This document shows, one piece after another, positions 38,615 through 50,560 of a stretch of DNA of 64,000 bases. Within the stretch, counting starts at the first letter, position 1; every line of letters starts with the position of its first letter. Source of the DNA: Camelus dromedarius (lineage: Eukaryota). The stretch spans positions 75,580,001-75,644,000 of the forward strand of contig NC_087437.1 of NCBI RefSeq assembly GCF_036321535.1. The letters run 5' to 3'. The position numbers were made by a program, and so were the translations under genes. Below the pieces are notes generated by a model. It saw only the letters and a list, made by a program, of their open reading frames with translations, was not told the DNA's origin and did not search any database.

Positions 38615-41600
38615 CCAAGGAAACGTCTTCTCATGGATGCCTGAGCCTTGAGCTTCATTCTTGGGTCTGTCCATGCAGCCATATATGTTCCCTTTACCAG
38701 ACAAGTTCTCAATCAGTGATCAAAGGGCATTTTGTAGGGTATTCGTAAGTAGTCAAGTCATAGAAACACTGGCTTACTTGACTCCCAGCTTTCTTCTTCT
38801 TTATTCCCAGTGGGGAAATGTGTTAACCAGAGCCAACTGCCCAGCCTGGCTTGGACCCTTGGGATCTAAAAGATCCTGTATTACCAGGCTTTTGTTGTCA
38901 TGGACATAGCAGAGTTGAAATGAGTGGAGTTAACTCTCGCTGGTATCAGTAATTCATAGTCAGCATTGCTCCGACAGTGTTTAGTCTCCTGTTTAGTCTC
39001 CTTTCTCTTAAGAGGTTTTCCAATAATGAGTGTGCAGTACATACTGGGAATAGTTTCACCCCAAAGAGATTGTTTTAAGTTCTTTGCTTAAGATGGCAAC
39101 CAAAGTATATAAAAAATATGACCAGTGCTTCCACTGTATATCACCTGTAACAGCTTTCTATATTAATATTTATTAATATGTCTTTCTCTCTCTGTTAGTA
39201 CATTACTCCCCCTGCTGGTAGCCATGGCCTACCTAGAGTCCCCAGAGTTAAGAGGTGAAGATATTTTGAAGACGTATGTATCAGGTTTTGTATTCACACT
39301 TAACCTAATTGACCAGAACAGCTTTGCAGCACTACATAGCCTATCCAGCAGGCCAGAGGTTGCAAAGGGCTCGCTTGTCCTCATGTGTGCTTATATGTAG
39401 GGCTTTCCCTTATTACACCCCTGTGACCATAAAACCAACCACATCCAATTATCTATATCTATGTGTGTGTGTGTATAGTGTGTATATAAATACATAGACA
39501 CACAGAGAACATAGTGTTTCTTCAGATGCTTAACCATCCCCATTAATACTATCTGGGGAAAAGGGGGTATCACTGGAACAGAATTCTGAGCAGGCTAGTA
39601 ACATTGCATGTTTGATCCTTGAACTCACCTTGGGTGATATGCCCCTAGGTTACATTAGGGGATGACTTAGATTTATCTTGAGTTCTTCCTTTGGCAGGCT
39701 TAGAGTCAGTTCTCATAAGTTTCTTTTTTTTTAGGACCAATTATTACCCCCCTTAACTAGCCTCAGACTCTTCCTGATAGGCTTTAAACTCTTTAGAGGC
39801 AGGGATTAAACCCTTTTGTCTTTCCACACCAAGCACAGTGCCTGGATTCTTACCTTGCATGTTGTAGGAGCTTAACAACTGGCTTATTGGTAAATTAATT
39901 AATTATAAATGAGAGTTCGGGATAGCCTGCGTCTTACTGAGCTTCTAATTGTTTCTTTGGCAGCATTAACTAGAAGACGCAATTTCCCAAGAGCTATGCT
40001 TTACCTTAGTTAATGCTTTGGAGAGGGACTTTGTCATGATGATATAAAGTTTTGATTAAATGGAAACAGCAGTTTATTTCTCTTTTACTAACAGTTCCAC
40101 ATAAAATACCATTTGTTATTAGAGAAACAATTGGAAAGGAAAGATATTCTCAAAGTATTATAACCAAGGCACGGTTAAGATGATTTATACTTCATATTCA
40201 GGGCTTGCTCAGTTAATGTATCCACTTATCAGGCATTAGGAAATTTTGAGTGAGGAACAAGGTTATGAAATAGATGTGCAAGAATGGAAGTAGAAAGAGG
40301 CTGTATGGTTTGAATAAGTTAATACTGCTCTGCCAAGCCTAATGTTCTCTTTTTTGCCCTTTCTTTAGTAACTAGGCCATTTTCCCCAGTATATTAACTA
40401 TGGCCTAGGAATGAGTGAGAACTTTTGAGCTGCTACATTAAATCATTTCAGGACATTGGGAATAGGAGTCAGCAAATTATCGCTTAACGGAACCAAATAA
40501 TAAGCTAAAAAGGGTAAATGCAACTTGCTAAAGGGCCCAGTATAAAAATAAATGGTAGCTTATGCACTGGGATATCTCAATGCAGTGTTTGATCCCTGAG
40601 TACTCTACTGACTCTTAGATTCTGAGCCTAATTCAAACAGGGCCACTGCTAACACATTTGCCTTTGTGAAAATTAGAAAAATGTGCCCTTCCTCGAGTAA
40701 AATTTTTAAGTATGTTATGCACAACTTGAACAATCCTATGTTCAGTTGTGAAGAAAGTGGGAATGTGGATGGTACCCTCTCTGGCTTTATCTGGTGATTC
40801 TGGACTCCACCCTCCTGTAAGGAAGGAAAGAAGGAGGGAGGAGAATGAGGGGATGGAGTTGGGGAACAGTAGTGTGGGGATTTCATTAGTAACACCATTT
40901 TCAGTTCACCCAAATGGTGGTTCCCTAAGTCAAACTTATTTTTAAATAAGTGACCAGAACATCTGTGTTTTATTAAGAATCATAGAGAACTGCTGCTTAA
41001 AAGGACATGCCCCTTTTTGGCTCAGCCCAGCTCTGCAGGATTGGGATGTGGGGGCTCATAACCTCAGCACGAGAAAGTCTGTGAATATGCCATACACACA
41101 CCCCGAATGTTAGGGCTCACATCCCACTGGCAGTGCATACATCCTCCCACCCAACTCCTCCCCATAAGTCTACCCTGTTTGGTACCGAAGATGAGCTGAG
41201 GATGGGCACTGGAATGTGGCAGAGTGTGCAAGTATGTGAATGTTGATGAATGTCAACGTGGAGTTCCGTGACAGAGAACTTTCCGCATGGCTTTCCCCAT
41301 ACCTTTCAACTGGGAGAGCATCTCTTCTCGTGCCATGATATTTTGTTATATAACATCACGCTACTTTGAGAATACTGCTGGCCCTCCCCAGCTATGGTGC
41401 TATTATACTACCTTGGATTCCATTTATATAGATATATAGCATTATATTAGGTACTCAAAATAATACAGCATTTCTATATTTAAATGAGCACTTTAATGTT
41501 TAAAGTAGAATCAAACATTTTCACTTAGGGTTTCCACATTTTACTTAAATTAATGCTTATTTTTTTATACTTCTGGTTTTTTTTTTTTAAATAGAACATA

Positions 41601-41969
41601 ACTGAATCCATTCAAGCCACAGGCTGTGAAATATAAAAGCATGTTTTAGTTATCCACCCTCTAATTGTGTGGTTAGAGCTATACAGCCTCCTGAATTTCT
41701 GAACAGAAAACAATGCATGCTCCTTTTAAGGCTCTGAGTCCGTGCAGGACTTGCTGATACACGGTGGGAGAGAGGGGCTTTCTCATGTCAGCACTGCCCT
41801 GGAGACTCAGTTGGGAGTGACTTCAAAGCCCCGAAGGACTTACAGTTCTCCACAAAATAAAATCCAGTATAAGGTTATTCTTGTATTTAGTATTATACTG
41901 GATAAGAAATGTCTTTTAGTGACATAAATTCACATTGAGAATCTAATTTCCCCTGAGGTTGTTTTTATA

Positions 41970-42340
41970 GTCTTTTATTTTTAAATGTTGGATTATGAGA
42001 AATATCAAACAAATACAGAATTAGAGAGAATAAGATAATGAACCCTGATGCAGTAGTACCCAGTTTAACAATTAACATTTTGTCAGTTGTGTTTCCTCTA
42101 AAGCCCCTCCCTCCTTTTTTCTTTGCCTCATACTATTTTAAATTAAATTTCAGATAATATGTCAATTTACCTATGAATAGTTCAGCATTTATCTCTAATT
42201 TATAAGGCTTTTTTTTTAACATAACCACATGCTATTATCATACCTATAAAATTAGTAATAATTTCTCATTATCATTTAATACTCTTCCACATTCAGATTT
42301 CCCTGATTGTCTCAAAAACATCTTTTTATAGACTGTTTAA
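41970..42340 (-). mobile_element. Old L1 3' UTR fragment (L1M-type)
   Basis: aatatcaaacaaatacagaa...aatgaaccc...aacataaccacatgctattatcatacct...ttcagatttccctgattgtctc. Confidence 0.55.
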
Positions 42341-43182
42341 ATTTGGCTGTTTACATCTCTGGTCTCTTTTTTTCTGTATTAATAAATTTTTATATTATCC
42401 TTACATTTTCTTATAATTTTTCAAGGGAACATAAAATGAAAACTTGCTGCCAAAATGAATGCAGGAAGCTTTATCTTTAAATCATTAATTTGTACATTCT
42501 TTATGTTTTCAGATCCATGCATACTAATGCCAAAAGTAGAGGTCTGGAAAAATGGAGGAAAAAGAAGTTTTCTTTTTCTGATTCAAAAACAGACATGAAT
42601 TGATCTTATTACTCAACAGCAGAAACCAAATGCAGAAAGTTGGCCCCTATCTTGTTTGAGTTCAGATAGGTCTGCATTAAATTACATTTTTAAGCTGCAT
42701 TATAGTTTGACCTAACCAAAATATCACTTTATAAATACAAAAATTTATAAATAATGAGCCCTTTGCTTCTGGTATCTTACCTTTTTTGCCTTTCAGATTT
42801 TGGGTTTGTATTTCAGTACAATGAATTCAAACTAAGACAGTGTTTTCTTACCAAACATGTGTTTGTATTTCTTCTACTGTTACCAATTAACATACCTAAG
42901 TGGCTTGTCCATTTGACAGTATTCCCATTGAGTTCACTCTGATATCTCAAAAGCATTGTTTTTTGTAATAATGGTTTTTAAAAATAGTTATTTTGCTATC
43001 CTTCCAGGTTGGTGCATTATTTTCTTTCAACATGGATAGGAGGACAGAAAAGAATTTCTTTTGCCACTATAATTTTAACAGTACTGTGCTTGATATAAAT
43101 TGTGCAGTGCTGCTAAAATGCCTCAAAATTTTACCATTTCTTTTTATAAACTCTCAATCCTGTGATATCTTTCCTTTCTTAG

Positions 43183-43305
43183 GATATGAACGAGTCTGCC
43201 AAACAAGAAGATATTTTGGAATCCACAACAGATGCTGCGGAATGGAGTCTAGAAGTGGAACGTATACTACCACAACTGAAAGTCACGATCAGGACTGACA
43301 ATAAG
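43183..43305 (+). CDS. IFT57: IFT57 coding exon 6 (123 nt; DMNESAKQEDILESTTDAAEWSLEVERILPQLKVTIRTDNK)
   Basis: Acceptor ttcctttcttAG at 43181-82, donor GTATAG at 43306, phase 0-0. Contains the conserved WSLEVER.LPQLKV motif. Confidence 0.97.
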
Positions 43306-46300
43306 GTATAGCAGAGAGAGCACATTCTGCTCAAATAGATTTTTATAAGGCAATTTCAGAGTCAAGAGTATTCCCAATTATACAAACTATTTGAGAAGGG
43401 ATTCATTTTCCAGTGTTTTGTCTTAATAAAGATTTACTAAATTGTTATTGAATGAATAAATGATGTGATATGGTCCACAAAGCAAGGAATAGATCTTTAA
43501 AATTACTTAGAACACGTCATGTTTCCCTGGGATTAAGGCATATTTTCTCAATACATTTTGATATATTTTCTTGGCAATCATATTTTATTTAGGTGAATAA
43601 TGCATGAAATTGGAATTCTATGACTGTATACTAACTGAGCAGACAGAAAGCGGTATAGAACTCTGCTGAATGGCAAAACAGAAGACATCCCAGAAGTTGC
43701 CATACGTAATCTATTCAGTACACATGATTCAAAGTTAAATATTAAGAAAATAATTGAAAAATCGTATGCAATAAAGATTTGGGGGTTAGGCCAGATAAAA
43801 AGGCTCTTTTAATCAAGTTTCTGCTTCCTTTTTACCTATAATTTATGAATAAGAACTTCAGAATAAGCTAGTAGGTGACTAGACAACATGACTTTCATTT
43901 GTACTATAATAGTCCCCACAAAAGGGGTTAGAGAGACATCTAGGTAGAATATCAGTTCTTGGGGAGTGATGGAAATTGTAGCTGTCTTGATTGTGGTAGA
44001 GGTTTCATTGGTGTATACATCTGTCAGAATTCATCAAGTGTACATCTGAAATATGTATAGTTTACTGTTTAGGAACCATAACTATAATAAAAATGTTTTT
44101 AAAAAATTAAAGGATTTTCATCATTGGAGGCTGGAGACAAGCCCAGAATTATGGAACAGGGCTCTAAGGAAGCTTGTCACTGTGCAGATGTGGTCATGAG
44201 TCTTCCCCCAAGGTAGAAGCCCTACAAAGATTGCTGTTTTCAGTGCCTTGGAAGCTAATTCATACTAGATTGTCTGGATTTGAGCTCGTAGAACTGTATC
44301 CTAGAGAAGGTAAGAAGTAGCCTAGTCTCCTCAGGCAGCCCTAAAATAGGGTAAGGACAGCAAAGGTCTTACTAGACTGTGAACAGCTGTGGAACAAATT
44401 TTATCTAAGCTAAGTGGACACATTGTGCAGTCTGTTTACCATATATTTACCCGGTCAGTATGGAGAACAGATATTTGATTACATTGGGGATAAACTCTTT
44501 GTTTATATATCTCTTATATATAAGTGCATATTGATAAGAATTTCTTTACTGATTTGATCTCTGCTGGAAGTCATAATTTACAAAAACTTTTTTGTAAATA
44601 TGTAATTTCTGATTCTTTTGTTTTGTCAGAACAAATTCTCTTCAGAAAATTAAAAATTACTATTGTGATTCTAGTTAGAATGACATGTTAAAATAACTGC
44701 GTAGTTGGGAACTCTCAAGTACATCTTAGTCTCACAAGGAAACAAGTTTAATTTACTTACTTTCAAAGGTGAGTAAACTCTGAAAGTCAAACATCTCACT
44801 TAAAACCTAATAGGATCACAGGAGAGTGTTTTTTAAGAACAGTCATTGATCTCCACATAATAGAAGTAACTGAATAAAAAAGGAAAGAATGTAAATGTAT
44901 CTGCTAAGCTGTACAGTTTTATAAAACTAAATACAAGTCAAATTCTATTACAAACCAGTATTGCAGTAATCAAAATCCTGAGTTCTTAAAGAATCAATGT
45001 TCTCCTGATTTGGGGAAGAATTAGCTAGTTCAAAGTTGGACTCTTAGTCTCATGTTATTCCTTACCAGCCTTGATCTTATGAGGATATATGTATCAAATT
45101 AACTATATAGTTTGAGTTACAGAAAACATTCCAAAATGTCAGATAAAGTTTTGTGGAGGGTTTTTTTTTTTAATGTTTTTTAGAATATGTGAATATCATT
45201 TTGAGTTTAGATTTTTTTGTGGTAAACCATGCTGACCTGAAGTCATATTTGATTGCTTTTTCAGAATGCTTCTCCAGATCATTTGGTCTTTGTGTCCAAT
45301 ATTTCACAAACTCTTCTTTCTCCTAGGACTTTCAGCTGTAGCAAATGAGAAATATAGCTTTAGGGTCAATTTTTTATTCAGCTTAAGAAAAATAAAAATT
45401 ATACATTGATTTGAGAAAATAAGGGGCTCCTGAATAGAGAAATGTTTTTCGTGTCTCAGAACTAAAGTAATCTGGTTATATTTGCGGTTTCTCACGGACT
45501 CATTATCCTCCTTCAGTGGGAGAGACTGACTCCAGCGTCATGGAAGATCCCACTCTTCCTCAATTCCTGACTCTACTGAAACCAAACCCTCTCCTTTACT
45601 TTTGGATAAAATAATGACCTTTCCTTCACTGCAGGCTATTTAGGATCTTTCGAGATTTCAACTTTATGTTTGAGGGGGAATAAAGGAATTATTTTCAGAT
45701 CAAGGTGTTTTACTGATCCCTGTTACATTAATTTTTAAATAGCATAGGGGTGTGGGAGATCAGTACTTAGGGCCTCCGTTATTTAAATCCATTGTAAATT
45801 TCTTTTAAATGACCTTGTGTTAGTAGTGAAAAAAAAATCCCATATTTATTTGGATCAAATGTTTGTTTTCATTTGTTTTTTCCTCACAAGTTTAGTTTAC
45901 TCCTTGTAAGCATCCTAGCAGGGAATTACAAAAAAATAAATAAATCTCCTTTTCTGTTCTTTTTGCATATTATAGTTTGTATGCTTGATGAGATCCTGTC
46001 ATATACCAATATTTTGTTTTGTATATTTTCTGTAACATAATCAGGGTTTTATTGCAAGGCTAGCTTAGCCCTGTTTCTGGCACTACTTGTTGCTGTTGCC
46101 AGTTCTCAAAGAATGAAAATAAATTTTAATATTAGCTTAAACAAATTACAATTGGGAAAATAAATGTGTTGCCAAAACTACAAATAATATGTTCCACAAC
46201 TGAAGATAGAGGGTTTTTGTCATATGCTGGCTGGAATGGACTGTACTAGCAGTTCCCTTTCTAGAGTTGGATGTAGAGAGTGCTCCTGGTGAACTTCTAG

Positions 46301-47667
46301 AGTAGCTTTATACCTGGAGACCATCTCAGATCTGCCTCAGATTGGAGTAATGTGTCTGAAGATACAGCCGAAGTTCTGCCAAGAGAGTCAATAAATTCAG
46401 CCAAATTTTAGGTCATTCACCTCAGTTATGACCAAGTGAGTAAGGCTAATGCATTAATTCCTTAGAAAGGCAGTGTGAGGACCCCAAAATTAGACATGAT
46501 GCTGGTACCATCTAATTAAACCCTCTATAGGTATTAGTCTGCAGCTCTACATCTTGTCCCCTTTGTTCTTTCCCTCTTTTTTCTTTTTATTTCTGTCTTT
46601 CCTTTTCTGCTGTGTTTTTATCTTTTTTTGTTGTTACTCTTTATTAGACCCAACAGTGGTTCCCATAGATGTTATATAACTACTCTGGTGGAATTTAAAA
46701 CTAAGAGCAAACATCTGTGATTTTATTCAGACTAGACTCAAATCTGGTCAAGAATTATTCTAATCTCTGAGTCTTTTTAAAATACAATTTTGTTTTTAAT
46801 TATAAAAATAATAAGGAAATGATATTTCAAAGGGAGAGGAGACAGGCAGTGTACTGTGAATTGGAAGATAGGGATCACATATTTAGTCCCACTATCAATT
46901 CCTGATTTATTGAGCCCAAGTTTCAGACACTTAGTAGAACTGTGGTAGCTATAAAGACCCTGAGGAGATGGAGCCTATCTCATACACCATCCTTTGGCAC
47001 TCAGAATTCATATTTATACCTCTTATTAGCTGTGTGGTCCAGGGCAAGCTACTATACCTCTCTGTTCCTTCTTTCCTCATTTGTAAAATGGGACTGATTA
47101 GTTTAATTACCTCGTGGAGTTGTAAACACCAAAAACAGTGCCCAACGCATAGTTGTTACTAAACAAATGTTAATTATTGCAGTGTTACAATATTGTTATT
47201 ATAATATTATGTTCTATCATAGCCCTCTTGTATTTCAGTGTCTATATCAGTATTCAGGAAGAATTTACAAGATTTCTCCCTTAGTGTTTCCATCATTTAA
47301 GGGAATATTTATGAACATCAGCTTTATATTTTTACGTGGGAGATAATCAATTCATATGATTATCACTTTTTTGTTTTTTCTCTAGTAAAGGTATATATAA
47401 TATGATAATAATAAAAAGTGATGTTTACTAAGTGTGTGCTTTGTGCTGAGTGCTATTCTTAGCACTTCACATATGTTAACTAATTTAATTCTTTCCACTG
47501 CCCTCTGAGATGCAGGTATCTTTTACTACAGATGAGGAAACTGAAACACAGAGAAGTTACTTGCCTCTGCCTAGTAGGTGACATATATGATATATGAATC
47601 TCCAACACAGGCTCTAACCTATTCTATTAGTGACAATATAGCATCCTTGTTAAAAGCACAAATTCTG

Positions 47668-48994
47668 TATGTATATTTTTTGTTGTTGAGGTATAGTCAG
47701 TTTACAATTTTGAGTCAACTTCTTGTGTACAGCACAATGCATCAATCATACATGAACATACGTATGTTCGTTTTAATATTCTTTTTCACCATAAGTTACA
47801 AGATGTTGAATATATTTCCCTGTGCTATGCAGTATCTACTTGTTGTGTATCTATTTTATATATATTACTTAGTATCTACAAATCTTGAACTCCCAATTTA
47901 TCCTTTCCCACCCGCTTCCCCCAATAACCGTAAGTTTGTTTTCTATGTCTGTGAGTTTGTTTCTCTTTTGTAAATAAGTTAGTTTGTCTTTTTTTTTTTT
48001 ATATTCCACATATAAGTGATATCATTTGGTATTTTTATTCCTCTTTGTGGCTTTCTTCACTTAGAATGACAATCTCCATGTCCATCCATGTTGCTGCAAA
48101 TGGCATTCTTTTATTTTTTATGGCTGAGGAGTATTCCATTGCATAAATATATCACAGCTTCTTTATCCAGTCATCTGTTGATGGACATTTAGGTTGTTTC
48201 CATGTCTTGGCTATTATATAGTGCTGCTATGAACATTGGGGTACATGTATCTTTGAATTAAGGTTCTCTCTGGATATATGCTCAGGAGTGGGATTGCTGG
48301 ATCATATGGTAAGTCTGTTTTTAGTCTTTTGAGGAATCTACATACTGTTTTCCGTAACGGCTGTACCAAACTACATTCCCAACGACAGTGTAGGAGGGTT
48401 CCCTTTTCTCCATAGCCTCTCCAGCATTTACCGTTTGTGGACTTTCTAATGATGGCCATTCTGACTAGTGTGAGGTGATACCTCATTATAGTTTTGATTT
48501 GCATTTCTCTGATAATTAGCGATATTGAACATTTTTCATGTGCCTGTTGGCCATTTGTATGTCTTCACTGGAGAATTGCTTGTTGAGGTCTTCTGCCCAT
48601 TTTTGGATTGGGTTGCTTGCTTTTCTGTTATTAAGTTGTATGAGCTGTTTATATATTCTGGAGATTAAGCCCTTCCAGTCTCATCCTTTGCAAATACTCT
48701 CTCCCATTACGTAAACTGTCTTTTTGTTTTGTTTATGGTTTCCTTTGCTGGGCAAAAGCTTATAAGTTTAATTAGGTCCCATTTGCTTATTTTTGCTTTT
48801 GTTTCTATTGCCTGGATAGACTGCCCTAGGAGAACATTGCTGAGATTTATGTCAGATGTTTTACCTGTTTTCTTCTAAGAGGTTTATAGTGTCTCGTCTT
48901 ATGTTTAAGTCTGTAAGCCATTTTGAGCTTATTTTTGTGTGTGGTGTGAGGCAGTATTCTAACTTCACTGATTTGCATGCAGCTGTAGAGACTG
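47668..48994 (-). mobile_element. Relatively young 5'-truncated L1 (ORF2 C-terminus plus 3' UTR), antisense, with a 17-bp TSD, inserted into a MIR
   Basis: ORF 48214..48504(-) [43 protein letters not shown]...[10 protein letters not shown] is the L1 ORF2 C-terminal Cys-rich region. TSD TAAAAGCACAAATTCTG (47651-47667) / TAAAAGCACAAAATCTG (48995-49011). Confidence 0.93.
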
Positions 48995-50101
48995 TAAAAG
49001 CACAAAATCTGAATCCAGAATGATTGAGCACCAATCCTAAGCCTAAAACTTAGCTGTTGGACCCTGTGGGTAGGTTTCTCAACCACTCTGTGCCTCAGTT
49101 TTCTCATCTATAAAATGGAATTCATTATAGAACTTCCCTCAAAAAGTTATTGAAAGTATTAAATGAATTCACTTATCTAAAGCACTCAGAGTGGTGCCAG
49201 AGGAATCACTTAATATATTTTGACCACTATTTCTGTGTAATTTTATGTATAATGTTGAGATTATACATCTTCTTTAACATCACATTACATCATGAGCATT
49301 TCCACATATCCTTAAAAATTGTAAACCATAACTTTAGATGATGTCTGTAGTGCTGTAAGGTTACCGTCAATCTCCAGCTGAGTGCCAGGGAGCGAGATGG
49401 CTTGGCCAATCTCAGCAGGTTGGGGTCACATGAGGAGGTCTAGGATCTGGGTGGAGGAATGACGAGGCAAGGTCATGCAGAGGCTGGTGGTTAGGATATG
49501 GGTGAGCATAAGGGCCAGAAGATCCAAAAACACAGACCAGTAGCAAGAAATGGATCTGCCAGTGAGTCATTTTGGAGAAACAAGTGGTTGTTGAAGGTGG
49601 AAGTCCAGTTGAAAGGCAGAACATGGAGAGCAGAAAGCAGAAATGAAGATTAAATAGAAAATGAAATTTAGAAATCTTGTGTAATTACTCATTGCTCCAA
49701 GAGTGTAGAGTCAGACCAGCTGTAGCTGCTGTTACTCTTTTTCAACTTTGGGAGGAGCTCTTTTCCAGGGTATTTATAGTAATTATTGAAGGATAATATT
49801 TCCTACTTGATAGAAATATTCTAAATTCCGTAATAGTAATTTTTTTAACTTTTAAGTGAATCAGTTGACAGTTGCTGAGTTGAATAATAAAATGGTTGAA
49901 GCTGAGCTGCCGAAGAATTCTACATGTCCCATATTCCTGGGGGAATAGAAAATGTGGATGCATATTCATATAGAGTTCACTTCTGTATTTTTCATTCATT
50001 TTGATTGCTAAATACTTAATACTGTTTCTTGAGGAAAATTATTCTATCTTTTTGAGTTTTCTTTTTCCTATTAAAAAAAAAAGCAAGCCTTTATTTGACT
50101 T

Positions 50102-50560
50102 TGTGGAAATAAACAGAGACCACCTAAGTGAGAAGAAGCAAAGGCTATTTATTCCGAGCTTATGATAGCAAAGGAGTCAGCCACCATCACTTGCATTTGG
50201 CAGAGGCTCAAAGACATGCAGGAGAATTTAAAAGAGTTATAGTGGGAAAAAGGGAAGGCTTTCAGAAACGTTTAGATGTGGCTGGAAATTTGGAGACAGG
50301 CTAACTAGAGTAGGACCTCCTATGTGATTGGTTAGGGGACGATATTTGGCTTTGTCTGATTGGTCCTACATTGGAAATGGGGGCGGGGAGTGGGCAAAAA
50401 CTGGGGAGGCTGACAGTAATTAAGTCCTGACCATTCTGGCTAGTTGCTACAGAGGTCATGGTTTGGCTTCCTGGACTAGTTGCTACAGATTGTAGGTCAG
50501 AATTCTTTTTTGAATAATGGTCTAGCTGTTATCTGTTGTCTGTTTGTATATTACGTCTCA
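50102..50560 (-). mobile_element. Solo ERV1-like LTR (459 bp) with a perfect 4-bp TSD
   Basis: TG...CA termini, ACTT on both sides (50098-50101, 50561-50564), antisense AATAAA (tttatt at about 50147) and antisense CCAAT boxes (gattgg). Confidence 0.85.

Noticed and set aside
42993..43298. 101-aa ORF overlapping exon 6
   Set aside because: Different frame from IFT57 and mostly intronic. Non-ATG start, no homology recognised.
47578..47973. 131-aa hydrophobic ORF (and similar ones at 13490 and 55579)
   Set aside because: Translations of T-rich antisense L1 sequence, not real membrane proteins.
48214..48504. 96-aa ORF as a possible host gene
   Set aside because: It is the L1 ORF2 C-terminal fragment of a truncated insertion.
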